The translations under genes and the position numbers were made by a program. From the NCBI GenBank assembly GCA_051362555.1, contig CM120644.1, positions 4,038,954 through 4,102,953 on the forward strand: DNA of 64,000 nucleotides, in the 5' to 3' direction. The notes beneath the pieces are model-generated. The model saw only the letters and a list, made by a program, of their open reading frames with translations. It was not told where the DNA came from and searched no databases. Source of the DNA: Lingula anatina. Taxonomy: Eukaryota > Animalia > Brachiopoda. Below, piece after piece: positions 12,910 to 24,111 of this stretch (the first letter of the stretch is position 1; the number at the start of each line of letters is the position of its first letter).

Positions 12910-13377
12910 ATCTGAATGTGAATGTGGTCTAAGGTAGATCTTCTCAGAACAAATGTATATGACAAACCTTAATGAGCTATTGGTACTGTCTATTGATTTT
13001 GTAATTATCTAGACAGTCATAATTTGCTCCAATGATTTTGTTAAAGGGCCCCTCCAAAAAAAAAAAATAAACAAATTAGAGGATCAAAGAGGCGCTACCG
13101 CCTCCGGATATTGTACCACCAGCTGGAGTAAGCGCATTCGTATGGAAAACTCCCTCCAAAAGGGACACCACCACCAGTCTTGTGCATGACAAGCTCTATA
13201 AAATGCAATCAACAAGAGTTCTCAAAATATGCAAAAAAAATTAACTAAAAATGGTACAATCAAGCAGATTTTCGAATTGACCTGTATTTTCCTAACATTG
13301 ATTACTCCTGTGATTCTCTAGACAATAGGCCTATTGGTTTTCCTTGAAATGTGTTGTCAATGTTGCATATATGCTGA

Positions 13378-13420
<43 letters not shown>

Positions 13421-14631
13421 GGCAACACTGGGCATATCTCTGCTAGTTTTGAAGATATGAGGGACAAGAAAATATGAAAAGCTCAGTTCATGGTGAAAAA
13501 GTAGGTCAAAGGTCAATTTCAATGTCACAGTATATGACTTCCTATTCAAATTCAATAGTAACCATGGGAATTTCTTTGCCAATTTTGGAGATTTAAAGAC
13601 CAGAAAACATGTAAAAAACAGTTCATCATAAAAAGTCGGTCAAAGGTCAATTTCAAGGTCACACTTAGATTGCCAGTAAATGACTTCCTATACAAGTTTT
13701 ATAGTAGCTATGGGTGTATCTCTGCCAGTTTCGGAGATTTAAAGGAAACCTTGTAAAGTGCGGTTCATGGTGAAAAGTGGGTCAAAGGTCTATTATAAAG
13801 TCACAGTTAGATTGCCAATATATGAGTTCCTATTCAAATTTAATAGTAATTATGTGTATATCTTTGACAGTTTTGAAAGTATAAGCACTGAAAAAGTTGC
13901 AAAGTTCAGTTCATGGTGAAAAGTAGGTCAAAGGTCAATTTCAAGGTCACAGTTAAATTGCCAGTATATGATTTCCTATTCACCTTCAATAGTAACTATG
14001 GACCTATCTCTGCCAGTTTTGGAGATATAAGGAACTAAATGTTACAATTTTTGTGTTACAATAATGTGCCATAAATTTCCTACAAAAGAAATTAATTGAA
14101 ATAAAGAAAAGGTCATCTTGGTTGAAATTCTTGAAATGGGAGGTGCTCAGAAGTTCCAGATGTTCAAATTTCATGAAATTACGTCATTTTTGACCAGAAG
14201 TTGTCTGCCTCGCCAAGCCTTGTTTTATCTTCCAGTTTCGAAATTTATTACACATTACTGTATTGCACATTTTGCTTTCACCACCACAATGTACTTTTTG
14301 ATACACATAACTCGTAAACCGTTTGGAAAAAAAAAAAAACAAAAACGGAGACCACCTCCAGTGTTGGGCTTGACATGCTCTCCAAAATGCAAAAAAGAAC
14401 AGGGGCTTATTCCATAAAAGCATTCTAACTTAGCATGATACTGGGCCTTAGAATGATTCTAAGACTTGACTAGAATGGTGTCTTCATAGGAAAACCATAA
14501 AACCACAGGATCAATTTCGCCAAACAATAGGTAGTGACAGGGTGAAAGTTGAACTGAGTGCAGGCTGAGGGAAGTACTAGTCAAGGCATTCCCATGTATT
14601 CTATTAAAGCCCTATACAGAAAGTGGTCATA

Positions 14632-14824
14632 ATGGCAACTTCAGCTTTAGGGAATAGAACGAAAGCCGAATTATTCGACACAAGAAAATCTCTTCATAGC
14701 CGAATGCTATGATGAATTTAAGGACACATTAGATAGTCAACACAAGGATGCTAACACCAATGCTAGGAAAAATAAAGCTTGGGAAAGCATCCTGAATCAG
14801 CACAAGGCAAGGTTTCTTAATGTG
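14632..14824 (+). pseudogene. Harbinger Myb/SANT-like DNA-binding protein, N-terminal remnant (frameshifted, truncated)
   Basis: After a frameshift it reads RKPNYSTQENLFIAECYDEFKDTLDSQHKDANTNARKNKAWESILNQHKARF, matching the RxxN(F/Y)S..E...K..AW..I Myb/SANT-like pattern. Confidence 0.7.
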
Positions 14825-15246
14825 TACGTTTCTCATCCTATAGAACCCATCCTTGATGTTGGCCATATTTTGTGCATTTGGAAATTTCACATAATCCCCA
14901 ACCCTTGCTGCAAGAGCATTTGATACCTGATGAATCGCACGCCAAGCAGTTTGATGGAACACTTGCAAAGGGTCCCAAACAACATATTGGAAAGTGCCCG
15001 TTGCATAGTATTGCAGGGCTATCATTACCTGCTGGCATGGTAATAAGGCATGATTTCTCCTGGTAGGGTGGGTAATGTCAATTTTGACAATGTCAGTTTT
15101 CACCAAAATGCCTTCTCTGGAAAATCTGTATCTTTTTACAAGTTCCACATCATGAAAAATGTCCAACAGATTCCTTTTATCCCGAAACACTCGTTCACGC
15201 GCGTTGCGCTGCGGAGTTCCACAATTTCTAAAATTCTCCTGGCCAT
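14825..15246 (-). pseudogene. Harbinger (HARBI1-like) transposase, N-terminal remnant lacking the DDE core
   Basis: FRDKRNLLD..ELVKRYRFSREGI..HPTRRNHAL..QQVMIALQYYATGTFQ..AIHQVSNALA..YVKFP is the typical HARBI1 N-terminus; it breaks off before the GAIDCTH motif. Confidence 0.85.
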
Positions 15247-16654
15247 CCTTACACCTCGGAGGTATGAGTAGAAATGAGTTAGAATGATACTAGTGATTTA
15301 GAAGATACCCATACCTACTCTAAGTTTAGCGTGAAACTTAGAACTATACTGGGCTTAGAATGGTTTTATGGAATAGAGTTAGTAGGTAACTAGAGATAGA
15401 ATGAAGTTTAGCAACCAACTAGGGCTTAGAATGCTTTTATGGAATTGGCCCCAAGTCTCTAGTTTTCCGAATTAGAGACAGTTTTCAGTTTCGGTATCTT
15501 ATGGTTGCTACTCCCGTGAAATGCACCGATTGACCCCAAACTCACGGAGATGAAAGATGACCTGAAGGGTACGTAACACCTGCCAATAATAGGCCTATTA
15601 TGGGTTAGGTCTGTGTAGTTTCTGAATACTAGCGCAAATAATTTTGGCCCGTTTGACCTTGAAATAGAGGTCAAAGGTCAAATCCAAGGGCATATTTGAA
15701 ATCTCCACATATGACTTTCAGTCAGCCGTCTATAGAAATTTTTCCCATAATTCCTTCGGTATGGTGGATAATTAGCATTTGATTTTGCCATTTTTGGACA
15801 AGGGTGCATTGCAATGAGCGCCACACCTAGACCCCAGCACCGACGAAACCCAAATTTTATGTGGAGCGAGTTGAGATATAGATGACATAAATCCAAGAGA
15901 TGGGTACGCATGCCCTTGTAGTCATTCTAAGAGGAGAAGCGGTAACGGTAACATGGCGGCTGAGCCGGCGGAACGATCCGGACGGGACTAAAACCATGTG
16001 TACCGCCAACGCTGGTGGTACATAGATCAAATATAAAAAATATAAAAATAAAACAAACAACTACCCGATGATTGAAAGCATTGTTAGAATAATTTATTAA
16101 GCACATTGTCTACTGATCAATTCTCAGTTACAATTTATTATGGGGACTAATACAGGGGGGAGGCTTTTCCTCAAACAAGGCATAGCCAATACACCCCACC
16201 CCCTCACGATATACATGTAAACTATACAACATAATGCTGATTTTTTTTTTGAATTGCCAACTTATAAAAGCAATAATGACTATACTGACAACTGTACAAA
16301 GACTGAACAATTTTTCAGAAAAATAAATAAAAAAATGTGAAATGAGGGGAGAAATGTTCCTGTTAGCAATCTGCCTCCAGTAAATGAAACAGACACTTTA
16401 CTCCTCATAGAAAATTTTGACCCAAAAATAGCCTCCAAACTGCCTACGACATTCATACAGTATTGAGATTATTCTAAAAGTCGACCTCAGAAGTGTAGTC
16501 TTTTAGTTCTAATACACACTGCAAAACAGAAAGCTGAACTAGATCTTGGCACTTAATAAAAACAAAAGCTTTTCAAAAATAAGGAAAGAAAAGCATATAA
16601 TTGCACCACTTGTAAAGAAAACCACATTGATGTGTAGGGAAAAACATAACTGAC

Positions 16655-18339
16655 AACAAGGCAGCAAAGCTGTCAAATGTACAGACAAAGAACAGAAAAT
16701 AAAGATGCAAATAAGTGAAAAATTAAATTTTCACAAAAAACTGTTAAATTGCCAGAAAAATTTACCAAACAGACTGCGTTGCCTATTGAAGCTGTATTTT
16801 AGTCCCATGTTTCTTTCCTATAAGTTTGAGAACAGTAAGTGACATGATTTCCCTTAAATGGTCATCATAGGAGCAGTGCCCAAAATAGGGGTTTCTTCAA
16901 ATTTTGATACAACATTAAATAATGTTTAACAGCATAATGACAATCAAATGTTATTAATAAAATATTAGTAACATGGACATTCAGAAAATGTGACAAGCAA
17001 AAGTCTTCAAGATCATGGAACTTTAAAGTCACACCTTGAAAATGCCAATATGTGAAAAATTAAATTTTCACAAAAAAACTGTTTAACTGCAAAAAAAAAA
17101 AAAAAAAAAAAAAAAAACCAAACAGACTTCATTGCCTACTGAAGCTGTATTTTAGTCCCATGTTTCTTTCCTGTAAGTTTGAGAACAGTAAGTGACATGG
17201 TTTGCCTTAAATGGTCATCATGGGAGCAGTGCCCAAAATAGGGGTTTCTTCAAATTTTGATGCAATATTACATAATGTTTAACAGCATAATGACCATCAA
17301 TTTTTAATAATGAAATATTAGTATCATGGATATTCAGAAAATGTGACTAGCAAAGGTCTTCAGGCTCATGGAACTTCAAAGTCACACCTTGAAAATGCCA
17401 AAATGTAAACAAGACAGCACTGTTCTGAAATGGGTTTATTTCCATTTTTAACACTTTTTAACATAAAACAAAATAAACAGTTTACTGCCATTTTTATATG
17501 ATCAACTAAGAAAATTGATGAGATGGGAAAAATATCAACAGAACAGTGTTAAATGTCCAATTTCCTCCATTCTGAGATTCTGAACATAGTGGATGATTGA
17601 ATCTGACAAACTGCAATGATATGAGTTTATTTCCATTTTTGACACTTTATTACACAATACATGATAACAATTTTAGCATCATTTTTACATAATCAACTAA
17701 CAATGTTATAAAGATGCAGGAAATGTCAAACAAACACTTTTACGTATCTTATTGGTTCAATAATGAGACTGTTAACATGCCTAAGAATTGAATCTGAGGA
17801 AATGTGTAAAAACAGCATAACTTCTAAAATAATGGCCCAATTATACTGATTTTCGAACACAACCTGCGTTTTAGTAAGACTGACCACTCCTGTGAGTACA
17901 ATGACAATTGGCCTATCTGTTTTTCTTATATTTTGTTATCAGTGTTGCGTATATGCTGAAAAAAGTGAAAAAACAGCATAACTTCCATAAAAGTGGCCCA
18001 ATCAAGCTGATTTTCGAACTTGACCTGCGTATTATGAACATTCATCAGTTCAGTAAGTTTCAATCCAAAAAGTAAAGCGGTTTTTCACTTATCGTGTTAT
18101 CGGTGCTGCATATATGCTGAAAAAAGTGAAAAAACAGCATAACTTCCCTAAAAGTGACCCGATCATGCTGATTTTCGAACTTAACCTGCGTATTATGAAT
18201 ATTCATCAAGTCTGTAAGTTTCAAGCTGAAAGAAAAAATGGTTTTCCATTTATCGTGTTATCGGTAAAAGTGCACGGCGACGACGACAGACGCAGGTGAT
18301 GGCTATATGTACAGACACATCTGTGTCTGTACATAAAAA
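16655..18339 (-). mobile_element. Non-autonomous Helentron/HINE-like element, family B copy 1
   Basis: Highly similar to 43490-45339. Begins aacaaggcagcaaagctgtcaaatgtacagaca and ends with (gac)n plus palindrome tgtacagacacatctgtgtctgtaca. Contains an internal duplicated block and ~161-bp repeats. Confidence 0.75.
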
Positions 18340-19471
18340 GAGAACCTAACATCATCTGCTTCAGAAAAATAGAGAAATATATGACTTTCAATGGTGTGAA
18401 AACATTCAAATTGTACACAATGATTAACAACCAAAGCAGGGGAAATACATATAAAATTCACCATTTTACATTCTTAATATAGGCAAAAAGTATTAAACCT
18501 AAAAGAGGCATAAAATCTTTATTTTTCACTGATAAAAATAATACTAGAGTATCTGGCAACTTATTCCACATCTCACTTTTTTTGCACATGGTAAAACGAA
18601 TATTGTATATATATGGCAGTGTGGTTACAGCTATGCCGCTTTCAGCCTTAGCTTATCAAAATGAACTCTGATAAAATTACTTGCATCCTACAACTTAATA
18701 TTACAAAATGGTAAGCTCAAGCTTATAATTTAAATGTGTAAAAATATGCAAATCTCGACTAGAAGTGTTTTTACACACTTGCCCTAAATCACTTAGTTGA
18801 AAAAGTAGACCATACATAAACAAAAATAATAAAAAAGCTACAAAAAAAAAATAAATAAATAAATAAATACACAACAAGAACAATATATGTTAGCCTATGT
18901 GAGGTAATCTACAGAAATAAAATAAAAAAGCCAACTTCGCATCATCTGCTATGACTCCCTCTTGGATACAAAAAATGATGCCAGTTTCACCAATGATTTT
19001 AAAAAATTGGCCTCAACTTCAGGACAAAAAAAAGGTCTACTTTTGTTCAAGATAATTTCTTTGTAATCTACATGTTAGATACATAATTTTTAGCCAAAAA
19101 CATTTGCTGTGTCTTTCTTCTTATTGAACCAGGTCCAGAGAGATAAAACTGACAAATCTTGATGAAAGTAGACAAATATTTGGGTCTAAAAGTTTAAAAA
19201 TTTTGGATTTTGAATGATGAAGTTCCAGTGTAAAGTTCTTTTATGAAACTGCTTTGAAAAGGGTCAATCCTCTGATACAAAAATTAAAGGTGTTACTTAC
19301 AAAATTCAGGGACCATTCTTTCCAAATATATACAGTTACTACAGAAAAAAACTAATACTGTGACAATTAAACAATTCACTTCAGCATTCTCAGAATTTCA
19401 AAATAGTGCCCTGGTACCAAAACTGATTTGCAAAACAGACCTCAAGTTCTGTTAAAATTCAGCGAGTGTTC

Positions 19472-19476
<5 letters not shown>

Positions 19477-19529
<53 letters not shown>

Positions 19530-19696
19530 CCAACTGTTTGTGCCACTATGTTATTCTAGGTAATAAAGCATATTGGGATCACAATATAGGCAACATGCTG
19601 TACTAAAACAGTGAGACTAGGAGAAAATAAAAGCAAACACTAACATTTACATTAAAAAATGTAGAAAATATGTGCTAACAGGAAGAACACAGGATT

Positions 19697-19748
<52 letters not shown>
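19477..19748. repeat. Two long poly(A) tracts (~50 nt each)
   Basis: Homopolymer runs at ~19477-19527 and ~19698-19748. Confidence 0.9.
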
Positions 19749-19750
<2 letters not shown>

Positions 19751-22638
19751 AATAAAGTGACATATACTATGCCTTTCAATAAAGTTGACAGCTTTAAGTT
19801 TTAGAATGAAGTAAAAAAAATTCCCAACAACATATATAGTATTTGGCTCATATATCACTCAAATATCTTCAATTATTTCTTCAAATCTGTTGAAAGCCCT
19901 GGGGGAAAAAATCTGTGGGCCATTTTGTAGACATTCTTTGGTTTTGACGCATATGAACATATGCACTGTGTACTATCATGCGGCCAATTTCATCACTGAG
20001 TAGCAAGGCTGTTGGAATTATTTCTATATCAGCCTTACTCAGTATGCATATAAGAGCAAAATACTTCAGTTAATGATCATTTAATTTCAATATTGGGAAT
20101 TTTTCCTTTGTTGATGTTGGGACTTTTTTTTGTGAAATGAAAAGCACAAGTAGACAATGTGTTTCATTTCGTTTCATTTTCTATAAAGGAGATTCCTCTT
20201 TTTTTGATGAAATAAATTTTTTTTCATCAAATTGAAGTCATGTTTTAACCAAAATGAGCAGATGACAATATACAGTACACTGCAAAACTAAAGAAACTAA
20301 AATTATATCACAAATTATACTTTCCTTGTTACACTGGTATTTCACAGTAGTTGCACAAACCCTTTAAAAAGATTAAAAAAAAAAAAAAAAGGGTTGGTCA
20401 AAACTGAAACCTGTGGCTCCATCTGCTGTTAAAGCAGTTGAAAAAAGTTTTGTTAGAGAAGAGAAACATAATCAGTATCAAATAATCCCACTGTGCAAAG
20501 CATCATCTAAAGCTGTGCATTGAGCTACAACACAAGTGCCATTTTAGAAAGATAACATATAAAACTGACGCCACCACTTTGAACAATAACGATTAACAAG
20601 ATCAGCAAAAGACACTGGATTTCCCAGTCTCCTTATGCTTGTCTTGGGTGACCTTCACCTTTATAATGCACATATAATGAAAAATACTGGCAAATCTTTA
20701 GTAAATAACAGATGACAAGTTAATGGCACAAAGCAAGAACTAATATCAATGATGTGAACAAATTGCACCTATGCAGAGGGGGGAGGAGGGGGGGGGGGTG
20801 CACCATATTCAAAACGTGAGAGACCCCCTGGCTCCAGCACCTGTATTATACAGACAAAATTACAACTAGGACAACAGAATTCAACCAATGATGACTAAAA
20901 AAAATGTTGACTGACCTCTTACATCTAGGTGTTTTAGAGTTATAACCCTAAGCAGAATCTAAATATTCAGACTAGAAAAACACTCGCCCATCAGAACAGC
21001 TAAAAACATTTCAACAGTTAAACATAGAAAGGTTTCTCTCAAAATTGAGATCTGGCAGCTAGTGCCAAGGCATACAGCGCATACCTAGTGCAATATAATC
21101 CTTAATAACAATATCTTTCATAAAATACATGCCAATATACAAACATGCAAGCAGTAACATATTCATTGACCTTTATGCGTTCTTTACAGTTTTATACTAC
21201 ATTAACCATACAAAATTAGATCTTGGTCCTCAACTAGTTTCCACTACATAAAATACAAACTGGTTCTACTTGAACATATGTATATTATATGTTACAATAT
21301 CAATAATAAGTATACAAATATACTGCTGACAGGCAAATCCAGTTGGCAGATTACACTTCACGATGAGATGAAATTGTCAAATATCTACACAAGAAAAAAT
21401 AGCTACAAGCTTTTTGGCACTAAATTGACTGTGACAAAAAGGACCTTTTCAATTAAAAGCTAACAATTTACATTTAAAAACCTGTTTTTTCAATACAAAC
21501 ATTCAATTATCTGTATTCCAGATATCAGACTTAACATTATCAAACAAGACAATCTTATCAGCAAAGTAGCAGCAACTATGAGGGCAAATTTTCTTGTAGC
21601 CTCACAGCTAACAATAATTTCATCTTTTATCTACAATTTGAATAAAACATTTTCCCCCCTTTAAACCTTATACAGAATCACTTTTTTTGTACAATGTAAA
21701 ATAATGCGTTAACTTTGCACAGTAATCAACAAATAATAAGCTTAAGTCACTAACATGGAACAGATACAATAAGTAACCTCTACAGTATTTTTTCATAAGA
21801 TACTAGAAAATGCTTTCTTAACAATATGATATTGCTACCACAACTAAATGACCCAACAGCCTCTGTTAAATGTTTTGGCTGATACTTATGGTGAATCAAA
21901 ACCATAAAACAAAGGTGTATATCTGAACTTTGTAAATGCCCTCCATTTTCAAATATGACTAACATCAAGTTCTTTTCACGTTGAGCATAGCACAATTTTG
22001 AAAGTGAAGTCAAGTCCCCTGTAGCACAGTTCTGTGGTAGATTCTCTCAAAACATACTGCTACAAACAGAATGCTGTAATGATGCTTGAAGTTAAAAGGC
22101 CTTAAGGAGATGTCTTCCCATACCTTGGTATGTGTATCAACAGTTTGCAAAAGCTGCTGAGCAGAATCAATACAAAGCAGTAAAAAAATCATGATGAAAT
22201 TAACCATATGTATTCTGTAATAGTGCAATGAAATTCCTTTTCTTTTCTCCTCATTTCATGTTCAGTAGTTTTAATTCAAGGTTAATTGTTTCATAAAATG
22301 AAAATTCCTCTTTTGCTTAATTATACTGTCCTAATTGCTGTAGTTTCACTTAGAAATTGAGGCATTGAGGACAGAATAACACAGAACATATGCTAGGAAA
22401 TCAGGTGCAATATTGTAGCCACCAAACACTTATCTGAATTGTTTCGTGACCAAAAGATTGGGAAAAAAAGCAAAAACTGCAATACCAAAAATTTGGAAGA
22501 CTTACATTTTAACCTTTACTGAATTAGTTTTTTTTTTGTTTTTGTTTAATTAAGTTTGGGATTTCATCAATCATTAATATCTGAGAGATCATCACATTAT
22601 CTAAGACTCAATCCAGTTTCATTCATTCAAAGGCGTGT

Positions 22639-22829
22639 GGACTAACTAATCCTCAAAACAAATATTGCAAGAATCACTTGAAAGCATGCCCCTTAATCCA
22701 CTCATGATTTATAGATGTAATTGCTCTACCCCTGCAGGGATGGCATGCGAGGGAGGTGGGGAATTCATTAGGGAATTATGCAGCATGCTTTCAAGTGTGC
22801 CCCATATTTGATCTGCAGATCAGTTAGTC
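22639..22829. repeat. Imperfect inverted repeat downstream of the POU6 stop
   Basis: gactaactaatc..aaatat..cacttgaaagcatgc pairs with gcatgctttcaagtg..atattt..gatcagttagtc. Confidence 0.6.
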
Positions 22830-23814
22830 TGTGGATTAACTTAGCTTTGAACAGACCCATACAGCTATTCTGCAACGTTTCATGTGCAAGCTTGCCCTGT
22901 GTGTGAAGGGCGAATTCTAGCATTCCAAACTTTTGCTGCTACACAAATATACTGACTGGCAGTTTCAGTTGGCAGATTACACTTTTGCTCATAAGTACCT
23001 AGTCTGATAATACTCCTTTGATGAAGGAAGCACCAATACATGCAGCTCCACCTAGGGAGTAAGTCACTCATGCAGTAGAGCCCTCTGGGGACAAGTAAAA
23101 AAACCCAAGAGGCTCCCTGCCCCTGCTGGGATAAGATAGCTAGCTTATTCTGCCCCTCGAGATTAACTGCTGTCATGAGTCACCATCTTTTAAGGAACAT
23201 ATTGACATTTCTTCCACTTCTCCCTTGGAACTTTCTTTCCTTGTAGTCCCATCATCTCTTTCACTGTTCTTGGCACAGAATCCTCTTTTCTTCCACTTAC
23301 ACAAAAAAAGTTTTCAAATGATTTTGATTTTACAAAAAATGTCATGGATGTTGCAGCTTCTGAAATTTCTTTCTCCCCCTCTTGAAGTCTTCTCTTAACA
23401 ACATGGAAGGTATGAAATACTCTTAAAAATGTTTCTGAAAATGGTGTCCATTGCCCTTTCTTTCTCTTGTATAAATAGAGTAAACAGAGTAACTGTCTTG
23501 GAAATCTTGTTATAATCTCCTTGGAAATTGTCACTAAGTTCTACATACATCAAAACAAAACAGCACCAAAATTGTTATCTACAGCCATTTTAAACAATGA
23601 AAGCATGGTCGCCATGGCAATGGTAAATAATATTATAAATGCATGATTGAAACAACAATGAGACACCCACAGTTTCCACAGATATTGTTCCCTTTGAAGG
23701 TCATTAAAGGTCAAGACCATGTGGGTCAAGGTCGGTTCAGGGTCAATAACCTTGGTTTTCTTTTGAATGTGATCTATCTTTGGTACATAGCAATAATCAA
23801 ATCTTCCTGTTTAA

Positions 23815-23898
23815 CCCTTTCCAGTCTAGGGCTTGACCACATCTAGATGTGTTGTTTTAAATGGCACAGTTTATACCAGAACACAGGCGGAGAAAGGG
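23815..23898. mobile_element. Miniature piggyBac-like MITE (84 bp)
   Basis: TTAA|cccttt ... aaaggg|TTAA: CCC termini with TTAA duplication. Confidence 0.5.
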
Positions 23899-24111
23899 TT
23901 AAATAATGAAAAATATGCTTTGAGCTTAGGAACACAGTTCAACTTCATTCCCCCGCTGTTGGTTTTGTGTGTCATCTTTTTCCCACCTCTCAAGCCCCTT
24001 GGTGAGATTCAATGTGAGATCCAGTGCATCTCAAAAGCCTTTAAATAAAGACTGAAATTACTGTACTGGGGTGAGAATGGTGAGAATGGTGTGGGGACCA
24101 CAAATTCACAG

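Larger units (their letters stand above)
14403..15451. mobile_element. Internally deleted PIF/Harbinger transposon
   Basis: TIRs gggcttattccataaaagcattctaa / ttagaatgcttttatggaattggccc, flanked by cag/caa. Absent from the equivalent position of copy A2 (aaagaatgggtctctag). Carries remnants of both Harbinger ORFs. Confidence 0.85.
13076..16022 (-). mobile_element. Non-autonomous Helentron/HINE-like element, family A copy 1 (4 x ~146-bp core repeats; interrupted by a Harbinger)
   Basis: Collinear with 51433-55364. Sub-TIR tgtaccaccagc near 13113 and palindrome tgtaccgccaacgctggtggtaca at ~15999-16022. Hairpin gaggcg..cgcctc next to the CTAG-like end on the minus strand. Confidence 0.75.
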
